Below the pieces are notes generated by a model. That model ran no database searches, was not told the origin of the DNA, and was given only the letters and a program-made list of their open reading frames with translations. Positions 1 through 8,719 of a DNA stretch of 64,000 bases are shown piece after piece; position 1 is the first letter of the stretch, and every line of letters begins with the position of its first letter. This stretch comes from a virus (Duplodnaviria > Caudoviricetes). The position numbers were made by a program, and so were the translations under genes. The DNA lies in IMG/VR virus record IMGVR_UViG_3300027566_000003; one strand, given 5' to 3'.

Positions 1-1
1 A

Positions 2-1213
2 GATTCGTGTGTATTAATGGATCACCCAAAAGAAGTTTTTGAAGAGTTTGATCATATCTTCCTTAGTGGTTATGTTGCAGGAGAGATGGACAATTTAAGG
101 AAGAATGGAAAAACAGAAGAAACAAAATTTCAGGCCAGAAGAGCGTGTAGATATATAGATGCTAATGAGGACAAGATTACATATCTTATTAGTGAGACTG
201 ATTACGATCTTCCAGAAAACTTTGATAAAGATAATATGGATAATAAAATAATCTCTATTTTATATAAAATGTGGAAAAATGATAATAAATTTATTGCTTA
301 TAGTAATGACATATTGTTTAGGCAAAAATGTAAGGATTTAGGTATTCCTTATAGTAAATTTGAACCTACGGAATCTAATGGTGAAAAATACACAGGATAT
401 AAGACCATCCAAATGACAGAAAATGAACTTGCTAATTGGTATCAATCAGAAGCAAAATCAAATCTTTGGAATATGAATATCAATGAGTATTTATTAGTTC
501 AGGTTAATAATGAAATAGTTGATAAATATCGTTGGACATCAAATGGGTTTAAAAGTATTGTAAAAAAAGATTTTAAAAGTATGATGTTTGGAAATTTAAA
601 ACCAAAAGATATATACCAAGAGTTATGTATTGATAGTTTACATAATAATCAATTTACTGCTATTACAGGTAAACCAGGAAGTGGTAAATCACTTAGTAGT
701 CTTATGTATATTATGTGGGCATTACAAAACCAAAAATATGATTCCTGCGTAATAATGTATAATCCCACAAAAGTTCGTGGTGCAGTTGATATGGGTTATT
801 ACAGTGGCAACTCCATAGAAAAGGGAATGCAACAGTTTATCGGCAATATGCTTATTACTAAATTTGGTGATAAAAGTATTGTGAATAATTTAATTACACA
901 AGACAAGATTAGGTTGATTCCTATGGCAGATAGTAGAGGTATGGAGATAACTGATAATCAAATTCTTTATATAACTGAAGCTCAAAATACTACGCCTGAT
1001 TTAATGAAACTTGCATTATCAAGATGTAGTAAAGATGCGAAAATCATTATAGAAGGTGATCCATATCAACAGGTAGATAAAATAGATTATGTTGGAAGGA
1101 ATAATGGTCTTCTACGAGCTATTGAAGTTTTCAAAAATGAAGATATGTTCGGATGTGTACATTTACCTAATATTTGGAGAAGTAGAATGGCAGATATATC
1201 TGATAAGATGTAA
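2..1213 (+). CDS. phoH: PIN-PhoH family protein (N-terminus cut by window edge)
   Basis: The frame is open upstream of the ATG at 17 and reads DSCVLMDHP, a PIN-like first motif. Walker A GKPGSGKS, EAQN, IIIEGDPYQQVD and WRSRMA are PhoH motifs. Confidence 0.9.
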   Translation, partial: DSCVLMDHPKEVFEEFDHIFLSGYVAGEMDNLRKNGKTEETKFQARRACRYIDANEDKITYLISETDYDLPENFDKDNMDNKIISILYKMWKNDNKFIAYSNDILFRQKCKDLGIPYSKFEPTESNGEKYTGYKTIQMTENELANWYQSEAKSNLWNMNINEYLLVQVNNEIVDKYRWTSNGFKSIVKKDFKSMMFGNLKPKDIYQELCIDSLHNNQFTAITGKPGSGKSLSSLMYIMWALQNQKYDSCVIMYNPTKVRGAVDMGYYSGNSIEKGMQQFIGNMLITKFGDKSIVNNLITQDKIRLIPMADSRGMEITDNQILYITEAQNTTPDLMKLALSRCSKDAKIIIEGDPYQQVDKIDYVGRNNGLLRAIEVFKNEDMFGCVHLPNIWRSRMADISDKM

Positions 1214-1465
1214 GGATTATTAATTTTTGCTCCCTCAGTCTGTTTCACTGTACGGAGTAAGGGGACAGACTGTTCATCTGTCGCCTCTTTAATTAACTTT
1301 AAGGAGGGTAGTAACAATCGAATCACTGAAGAGAGGTCTTTATGCTTAATAAAAAAGTATAATGCACCATGATTAAAAACACATAGTCTGATACTCACAA
1401 GGTATACAGACTAAAATAACAAAAACAACAAAAACAAATTAAAATAAAAGGGGATAAAAATAAAC

Positions 1466-1744
1466 ATGAATAAAGAACAACTCGTAGCGGTAGTAGCCCA
1501 AAAAATTAATACAACGAAAAAAGCATCTGACGAAGCAGTAACGGCAGTATTACAAGCAATTGAAGAAGCACTTGTAAATAAAGAAAAGGTATCTCTAACT
1601 GGATTCGGAACATTTTCTGTAAAAGATCGCGCAGAACGCAATGGTCGGAATCCGGCTACAAAAGAACCTATGGTAATTCCTGCAACTGTTGCTCCGCACT
1701 GGAAGGCTGGTAAAGTCCTTAGTGATAAGGTTAAAGGGAAATAA
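1466..1744 (+). CDS. hup: HU family DNA-binding protein
   Basis: MNKEQLV start and GFGTFSVKDRAERNGRNPAT signature. Confidence 0.97.
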   Translation: MNKEQLVAVVAQKINTTKKASDEAVTAVLQAIEEALVNKEKVSLTGFGTFSVKDRAERNGRNPATKEPMVIPATVAPHWKAGKVLSDKVKGK

Positions 1745-1757
1745 AGTAATTTACAGT

Positions 1758-1832
1758 GCTGGATTAGCTCAGTGGTAGAGCAGTTGCCTTGTAAGCATCA
1801 TGTCATCCGTTCAAATAGGATATCCAGCTCCA
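1758..1832 (+). tRNA. tRNA-Thr(UGU)
   Basis: Acceptor stem GCTGGAT/ATCCAGC, D-arm TAGCTCAGTGGTAGAGC, anticodon loop CT-TGT-AA, TTCAAAT T-loop and encoded CCA. There is one mismatch each in the anticodon and T stems. Confidence 0.93.
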
Positions 1833-1896
1833 TATAAATTAGCATAAGGCAAACTAATAATAAAAAATTAAAAATAAAAGGTGGAATAAATAAACA

Positions 1897-2112
1897 ATGG
1901 CAAAATCAAAACTTACAGAAACTAAGAAAATTACTCATAAACTAGCAACTGAAGGTGAATTAACTATTGAAAATAATATAGCAGTAATTAACATTCCCGA
2001 CGAAGGTGTTAAAAATCTAATTGAGTTACTGAAAAATTTCTCAGGGAAATATGTTAAATTTTCTTTTACAGAAGAAGAAATTGAAGATGTAGTTGGTGAG
2101 GATAATGGATAA
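1897..2112 (+). CDS. YonK-like small phage protein
   Basis: 71 aa. The LIELLKNFSGKYVKFSFTEEE pattern and position resemble SPbeta YonK (from recall). Confidence 0.6.
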   Translation: MAKSKLTETKKITHKLATEGELTIENNIAVINIPDEGVKNLIELLKNFSGKYVKFSFTEEEIEDVVGEDNG

Positions 2113-2387
2113 GAAAAATCTGAATAATTAATCATACCTAACCACAATAAGGTTTGGAACAGGCATCCAACGCTCCAACATATGTTTTATATGAAGGATT
2201 AGAGATGTAGGAACTATATCAATAAGGATATAGAGTTTATAAAATAAACTGAGCGTCGCCCTACTATTGTGGTTTGATTCGTTTTTAGAGAGTTAGGATA
2301 AAGTTATCATAGTTAGTAATTATTCTCCTAACTCTCTAACCTACTAATAATTTATCAAAATTTAAAATTAAAGGGGACAAACAAAAC

Positions 2388-3029
2388 ATGACAACTGAAA
2401 CAATGACAATCCATAAAGCATTATCTGAACTCAAAGTAATTGGTGCTAAAATTGATAAAACTATTTCCCAAGGAGTATATTGTAAAGCAAATAAACATTC
2501 CAACGACAAAATCAATGGTGTATCAGTAGAAGAATTCAAGACGCAAATTCAAGCTAGTTGGAACAAAGCCAATGACTTAATCAGTCGCAGGAATGCCATT
2601 AAAAGAGCAACTGTTTTATCTAATGCTACTACAAAAGTAAAAATTGGCGATAATGAAATGACGGTAGCAGAAGCAATTGAGATGAAAAATAGTGGAATGG
2701 CATATAAGAAAACTTTAATGAACACAATGAACCAACATTATGTACATTCTATTCAAATTATAGATAAAGAAAATGGAGAAACATTAAATCAAAAAGCTGA
2801 AAATTATGTAATTGGATTATTTGGTTCAAAAGAAGGTAAGACAAATACTGATGAACTTGAAAAAGTTAGGAAAGAATTTATTCTTAATAATTCATTTGAA
2901 TTTGTAGATCCAATTAAAGTTAAGGAAAAAATTGATGAATTAGAGAAAGAAATTTCTGATTTTGAATCTGAGATCGATTCCACGCTGAGCACATCAAATG
3001 CTCTGACTGTAATAGAAATTGAATATTAA
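2388..3029 (+). CDS. Conserved coiled-coil hypothetical protein, possibly distantly DIP1984/DUF6847-like
   Basis: Good RBS. Motifs TIHKALSELK, SNATTKV, MTVAEAIEMK and C-terminal SNALTVIEI; the family assignment is inference. Confidence 0.75.
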   Translation: MTTETMTIHKALSELKVIGAKIDKTISQGVYCKANKHSNDKINGVSVEEFKTQIQASWNKANDLISRRNAIKRATVLSNATTKVKIGDNEMTVAEAIEMKNSGMAYKKTLMNTMNQHYVHSIQIIDKENGETLNQKAENYVIGLFGSKEGKTNTDELEKVRKEFILNNSFEFVDPIKVKEKIDELEKEISDFESEIDSTLSTSNALTVIEIEY

Positions 3030-3052
3030 TCCATAATCCTTAAGAAATAACT

Positions 3053-3401
3053 ACTTACTGTTTTCCGAAAACTTTAAACCATAATTGACAAGTCTTTTAT
3101 GTACTTAGACTGGTTTAATAAATATAAAGAAAGTACATATTATTTACATCTTTAACAGGATGTTTACTTTGAAAATTATATGATTTAATTAAAATCAAAT
3201 GATACAAAAGCAAAACAACAAAAATTCTGTAAAGATTAAAGTTTAAATCTAAACGCTTAAAGTTAAAAATTCAAAGTTTATTATAAGTGTAAAGTTTAAG
3301 GTTTAAATAGTAAATAATAAAGATTGATTAAATCCCTGATAAAACGGTTTGGGATGATTATGCTTGCCCAAAAGTATCCGCAGGGCTGGAAAGCAGTAAG
3401 T
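3053..3401 (+). ncRNA. Candidate structured ncRNA with pseudoknot and heptamer-repeat core
   Basis: A 14-bp closing helix (3053-3066 with 3388-3401), internal stems, a 9-bp loop pairing TATGTACTT/AAGTACATA, and no ORF. Confidence 0.7.
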
Positions 3402-3805
3402 TATTATATAAATTTTGATTTATTAAAAGGAATTACGCCGACTGAATTAATTAAGACTTAATAAGATGTTTGTGAATACACATCTTACACATGAGAATAA
3501 AAGTTGTGTTTGACTACGGTTAAAAATACAATCTCTCATGGATACATACTTGGGGTTTAATCAAGAGACTCTATCTCATATTTCGCCTTTATGGTGGTTA
3601 TAAAAGTCGTTTGTGCTTTAGGCACGTTATATGGAGGCGTATGTCTCCCATCTAATATGGAAGGAGTTTCATAAACTGCCTTCAATAACAGAGTATGGAG
3701 TGTAAAGAAATTGTGTGACACAGTTAACTTTTCATTCTGTACTCTTATTTAATTTATTATACCCTCTCCCCTATTCTCTTATAAGGAGATGAAATATAAT
3801 AAAAG

Positions 3806-3988
3806 ATGAAGACAAATAAAATAGTAGAACAGCCTATTGAAAATAAATTAAACAAATACAATAATTATGATATTGAAAATGCTGATACTAAATGTCCGGT
3901 GTGTGGTAAATTACGTTTCTGGCTTAAATTTTATTGTAACGAAACAATTCTAAGATGTGAAGATTGTGGACATTTTGAGAAAATTTAA
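3806..3988 (+). CDS. Small zinc-ribbon protein
   Basis: CPVC and CEDC motifs, with RBS AAGGAG. Confidence 0.65.
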   Translation: MKTNKIVEQPIENKLNKYNNYDIENADTKCPVCGKLRFWLKFYCNETILRCEDCGHFEKI

Positions 3989-4055
3989 TCCCCTATTGGT
4001 CGATTAGGGGATATTTTAATTTTGAAAATAAAATAACTTCTTTAGGAGAATTTAT

Positions 4056-5378
4056 TTGGAATATATACGAAAAGAAAATGAGTCATTTTTACAATTTGCT
4101 GATAGACTATTATCCAATAGAAAAGAATATGATTTAGACAAAGTTGAAGTTTATGAAATATTATACGGAGAACAAGTATCAGCAGATCATGCAAGAAAAT
4201 GTCTAACTAGTTTAGAAAAAACAATTGAACAAGATAAAGTATGCAAAGTTGATATGCAATCTGATGAAAAATGTCTAGAAGATAATTTGACTAAAAAATA
4301 TAAATCAACCACAGAAATTAATAAAGATGGAACATATTCTAGTGATAAATTATTAGTTATGTCTGAAGAAGAATCTAAAAATGTTAATTATCTTTTAAAA
4401 TCTCATGGTTTTGACAACTTATCATGGGAATTAGTATCAGCAAGAAACAATATTTGGAATGTTTATAGTAAACAAGATGGTGTTAAAACACTTTATTCAA
4501 GCAAAATAGTAACTAAACCTAAAGTAAATCAATTTAATATTAATTGGATTAAACAGGCATTAGAAGATTTAGACCTAGAAAGTCCAGTAGTAGATCAAAA
4601 GCCTTATCATGTTAAAGGAAAAACTTTAGAAATTAATTTGGCAGATGTTCATATTGATAAACTTTGCTGTATTGATGAAACAAGAAATAGTTATTCTACA
4701 GAAATTGGTATACAAAGATTATGGAATGTAATTAATGATATTATTGAAAAAGTAAATTTTTATAATATCAAGAAAATAATATTTCCATTTGGTCAAGATG
4801 TGGCGAATATTGATAATATTTTCAATTCCACAACAAAAAATACGCCACAAGACACAGACGTAAAATATGATGTAATGTATAAATTGTTACTCAAAAATAT
4901 AATTCAAATTATACATAAGCTTACTGATATTGCTCCAGTTCATGTAATATATGTCGGAGGAAATCATGATAAAGTAACATCGTTTACAATGACTGAAGCA
5001 ATGTATTGGCATTTTTTGAATAATGATAATGTAGAAGTTGATTCTGTATTTAATAATCGCAAATACATAATGATTGGGAAAAACCTTCTGGGATTAGCAC
5101 ACGGGGCAGATGAACGCAAAAACATAGTTTATTGTATGCAAAATGATGTTCCTGAATTATGGGGGAAAGCGAAATATAGAGAATTTCATTTATCTCATTT
5201 CCATAAAGAAAAAATGACAGATGAACAAAATGGCATTGTTTTTAGATGGATAAGTGCAATTTGTGGCAATGACGCTTGGACTTATAATAGTGGATATGTT
5301 GGTGCTCAAAAGAAAGCTCAATCTTTTATTTGGGATGACGATAAGGGTTTAGAAATGATTATTAATAGTTATGTTTAA
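4056..5378 (+). CDS. Calcineurin-like metallophosphoesterase (YonJ-like)
   Basis: DVHID, GQD, GGNHD, AHG and HLSHFH motifs. Confidence 0.85.
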   Translation: MEYIRKENESFLQFADRLLSNRKEYDLDKVEVYEILYGEQVSADHARKCLTSLEKTIEQDKVCKVDMQSDEKCLEDNLTKKYKSTTEINKDGTYSSDKLLVMSEEESKNVNYLLKSHGFDNLSWELVSARNNIWNVYSKQDGVKTLYSSKIVTKPKVNQFNINWIKQALEDLDLESPVVDQKPYHVKGKTLEINLADVHIDKLCCIDETRNSYSTEIGIQRLWNVINDIIEKVNFYNIKKIIFPFGQDVANIDNIFNSTTKNTPQDTDVKYDVMYKLLLKNIIQIIHKLTDIAPVHVIYVGGNHDKVTSFTMTEAMYWHFLNNDNVEVDSVFNNRKYIMIGKNLLGLAHGADERKNIVYCMQNDVPELWGKAKYREFHLSHFHKEKMTDEQNGIVFRWISAICGNDAWTYNSGYVGAQKKAQSFIWDDDKGLEMIINSYV

Positions 5379-5407
5379 AATAATTGAAAGACAAATGAGG
5401 TATTATT

Positions 5408-6046
5408 ATGGCATTTAAAAATTTTGATATTGACGACCTTTATGATAGTGAAGAAGTTAAAGAATTAGCAAAAGTTGTATTACCAGATCCTAGTTTATTA
5501 GATTTTTATAATCGATTGTCAAAACGAGAAATTTGGATTAATGATTTTATAGATGATACATGTGTTGATCACGCAAAGCAAATTATAGATTGGAATTTTC
5601 AGGATAGAAATATTTCTCTTGATGAAAGAGTAAAAATTAAAATATTCCTTCATACAGATGGTGGAGATACGACTGCTATGAATGCCCTAATAGATTCCAT
5701 TACCCTTTCTAAAACACCTTGTATGACTATTGCGATGGGTAAAATTTTTAGTGCAGGTGCTATGATTTTTCTTGCGGCAAAAGAAAGATTGCTATTTCCT
5801 ACATCTAGAGTAATGATTCATAAGGGGTCGAGTGGTATTATTTCTGATGTAAATAAAATTATTGACTACTCTAAGTTTCTTGAAAAAGACAATGAAGTAA
5901 CTAAAGAATTTATTCTTAAAAATACAAAAATTACCCCTAAGAAATATAAAGAAGTAGAAGATAAAGATTTATATTTATTTCCGAATGAATGTATTGAAAT
6001 GGGAATTGCCACTGGAATAGTAGGGGATATCGAAGAATTGTTTTAG
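5408..6046 (+). CDS. clpP: ClpP-like serine protease
   Basis: IKIFLHTDGGD, FSAGAMIF (catalytic Ser), VMIH (His), and ECIEMGIATGI. Confidence 0.9.
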   Translation: MAFKNFDIDDLYDSEEVKELAKVVLPDPSLLDFYNRLSKREIWINDFIDDTCVDHAKQIIDWNFQDRNISLDERVKIKIFLHTDGGDTTAMNALIDSITLSKTPCMTIAMGKIFSAGAMIFLAAKERLLFPTSRVMIHKGSSGIISDVNKIIDYSKFLEKDNEVTKEFILKNTKITPKKYKEVEDKDLYLFPNECIEMGIATGIVGDIEELF

Positions 6047-6077
6047 GTTTTAGTTTTAATTAACAAATAATAATTGA

Positions 6078-6467
6078 TTGGAGAATTATAATATGCGTGT
6101 ATTTAATGCAGAATCTGTTTGGGACAAAGAAGAACGTCAGTTGATTCAAATTCTAACTATCGATGGTCAGGAAGTTGATTTAGAAACATATGCTTCTGAA
6201 TTGGATAATGAAACTAATGAAAATGGAATAGTAGAAGAAGTACAAGAGGGTATTAATCATGGTGATGATTGTACATGCGAAGACTGTATTGAAAATAGGA
6301 AGAATATTTATTTAGCTGAAGCTGTAAAATATATGTTTGAAAATGAACTTTGTCCTAAACATGTATTCGAAATGCTTGGAGATGTCTATGATAGAGCAAA
6401 TTACGAAGGATATGAAGAGGGTTATGATGATGCCAAAGAAGATATGAAAGAGTGGTTGGAGGATTAG
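6078..6467 (+). CDS. Acidic hypothetical protein
   Basis: 129-aa ORF with CTCEDC motif. Confidence 0.7.
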   Translation: MENYNMRVFNAESVWDKEERQLIQILTIDGQEVDLETYASELDNETNENGIVEEVQEGINHGDDCTCEDCIENRKNIYLAEAVKYMFENELCPKHVFEMLGDVYDRANYEGYEEGYDDAKEDMKEWLED

Positions 6468-6653
6468 ACAATATAATATATTATTATAAATTCTAAGATT
6501 TAAAAGATGGATATAATTTAATATTTTTACAGTAGATAAGGCACATCATTAATTTGGTGTGTCTGGATGTATTGTAAAAATACAATACAAAATAAAATTA
6601 ACTGACTTTAATATTTAGAGTTTAGTCAGTACTCTAGAAAGGATGATTAAAAA

Positions 6654-7508
6654 ATGTATCAAGAAAAAATGGTGGTCTGTCTCAAGAACAATGGTAAGAT
6701 TCTCAGAGAAAAAGAGGGAGCAATTCAAATTCCATTTGGTTCGGAGTATTCTATTTATATCAAAAATCTTGAAAGCAGAAAAACAAAAGTCAAAATATCT
6801 ATTGATGGAACGGATGTACTTAATGGTCAATCATTATTAATTAATCCAAATGATACAACTGAATTAGAAGGATTTTTAAGTGATTGTGTTGCAAAAAATA
6901 AGTTCAAGTTTATTCCTAAGACAAAAGAAATTTCAGAATTTCGTGGAGATAAGATTGATGATAGTTTATTAAGAGTAGAATTTTGGTATGAACGATTGAA
7001 ACCAATTACACAGCAAATTAATCAAGTATATAATCCTTGGAATCCTTGGATTACGTATAAACAACCAACTTATGATTATAATCCTACTTGGATAACTAAT
7101 TTAAATTGTAATGTTAGCACTAATATAGTTAATAAGTCAATACAAATGGATTGTTTAAGATCATTTGATAATAATATTTGTCAAACAGGTTCCACATTAA
7201 ATAGTTGTGCTTCAGATATTACTGTTAATAATTTCTCTTCGTTAAATAATTCTGTAAGTGTTAAAAGTCTTGAAGATGGTATTACTGTGAAAGGAACTCC
7301 CATTGAACAACAATTTAAATATGGTGATATTGGTGAATTAGAAGATCAATCCCATGTCATTATTTTGCGTTTACAAGGTTATAATGATGTTGGTGAAACG
7401 GTTGAGAAAGTTATTGGGACTAAAGATAAGTTACAATGTAAAACTTGTGGAAAAATTAGTGGGTCTGGTAGTAAATTTTGTGATAGATGTGGTAGTTATT
7501 TAGAGTAG
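6654..7508 (+). CDS. Hypothetical phage protein with C-terminal zinc ribbon
   Basis: 284 aa, RBS GAAAGGA, C-terminal CKTC and CDRC motifs. Confidence 0.8.
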   Translation: MYQEKMVVCLKNNGKILREKEGAIQIPFGSEYSIYIKNLESRKTKVKISIDGTDVLNGQSLLINPNDTTELEGFLSDCVAKNKFKFIPKTKEISEFRGDKIDDSLLRVEFWYERLKPITQQINQVYNPWNPWITYKQPTYDYNPTWITNLNCNVSTNIVNKSIQMDCLRSFDNNICQTGSTLNSCASDITVNNFSSLNNSVSVKSLEDGITVKGTPIEQQFKYGDIGELEDQSHVIILRLQGYNDVGETVEKVIGTKDKLQCKTCGKISGSGSKFCDRCGSYLE

Positions 7509-7675
7509 GTTAAAATTTAATATTTTGCTATAGATAATATCTCTAACTATTAAATTATAGTTAGAGATATTTTTGTGTAACAAAATAAGTTGCACTAGGA
7601 TAGGTTGCTTTAAATTAAAGCACTGATAAGTATTACCCATACTTCCACTATAAAAATGGGTAAAGGAGGTTTGCA

Positions 7676-8449
7676 ATGTCAAATCAATTAGTAAAATTTA
7701 AGGAACTGGAATTAATGGAAGTGGATTTTAATAGCAATCTAATCATAGTCGTAAAAATGAAAGACACTGGTAAAAGTTATGTGGGCGTAAATTGGATTTG
7801 TAATGGGATAGGGTTATCAGAAGGACAATTAAAAAATGAGCGTAAGAAAATTCAAGAAGATATTGTCCTTTCTAAAGGGGGACGTAATTTAATCCTCCCT
7901 ACAAAAGGTGGTAATCAGCAGTCTTTATGTCTTGAGTTAGATTTTTTACCTTTATGGTTAGCGAAAATATCTATTACTAAAGATATGCAACAAAATAAAC
8001 CTGAAGTTATGGATAAACTTATTGATTATCAATTAAATGCGAAAGATGTATTATCTAAAGCATTTTTTGGAAAACAAGAAAAATGGGATTTGCAAAGAGA
8101 AGTTGGTAAAGTTGATAGAAAAAGAATGACTTCTAGTATCCAAACTTACATACCTAGTGCTAAACCTTTTACTTATGCTTCTTATACAGACATGACCTAT
8201 AAAATTTTGTTTAATATGACAGCAAAACAAATAAGAGAAAGTAGAAATATAAATAAAAAAGGTGATCTTACAAGAGATTATTTAACAGAAGCAGAATTAA
8301 AATTAGTTGATGAAGCAGAAACAATAGTTACTGCTTTGACGGCATTAGGATTTAAGCAAGATTATATAAAGCATCAGTTAGAAGTTAAGTATGGAAATAA
8401 AATGTTAGATGGTAATAAATTTTGTAAATTAGATAATAAAATAAAATAA
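7676..8449 (+). CDS. Antirepressor with P22 AR N-terminal domain
   Basis: ICNGIGLS and ILPTKGGNQQSLCLELDFLPLWLAKI. Confidence 0.85.
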   Translation: MSNQLVKFKELELMEVDFNSNLIIVVKMKDTGKSYVGVNWICNGIGLSEGQLKNERKKIQEDIVLSKGGRNLILPTKGGNQQSLCLELDFLPLWLAKISITKDMQQNKPEVMDKLIDYQLNAKDVLSKAFFGKQEKWDLQREVGKVDRKRMTSSIQTYIPSAKPFTYASYTDMTYKILFNMTAKQIRESRNINKKGDLTRDYLTEAELKLVDEAETIVTALTALGFKQDYIKHQLEVKYGNKMLDGNKFCKLDNKIK

Positions 8450-8719
8450 AATAAAATAACATCCCTAAATAACAAGACGCTTGAGTAATCAGGCGTTTTG
8501 TGTGCGTATGGAATGGTTGTTTTTGTTTGGATGTTTTGTGGATAAGTCGATATCTCAAGCAAAATGTTTGAGATATTTGTTATTCACTGAAATATGTGGA
8601 TCAAAGTTGAGAGGTAATTTGGGTTAGCTACCCATCTCTGTACGCCTCTCTTCTTTATATTTTTTTTATTTGGAAATTAGTACAGAGAAAATAAAAGTAC
8701 AGAAAGAAGGAATTTAGAG

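Noticed and set aside
2286-2338. Long hairpin AGAGAGTTAGGA/TCCTAACTCTCT as a member of the leader family
   Set aside because: It is a single stem with no palindromic loop or downstream pseudoknot partner found; probably a terminator or processing stem.
3229-3335. Repeats as a CRISPR or TIGR-type array
   Set aside because: The units are ~7 nt and degenerate, with no unique spacers, and no cas or Nop-domain gene is nearby.
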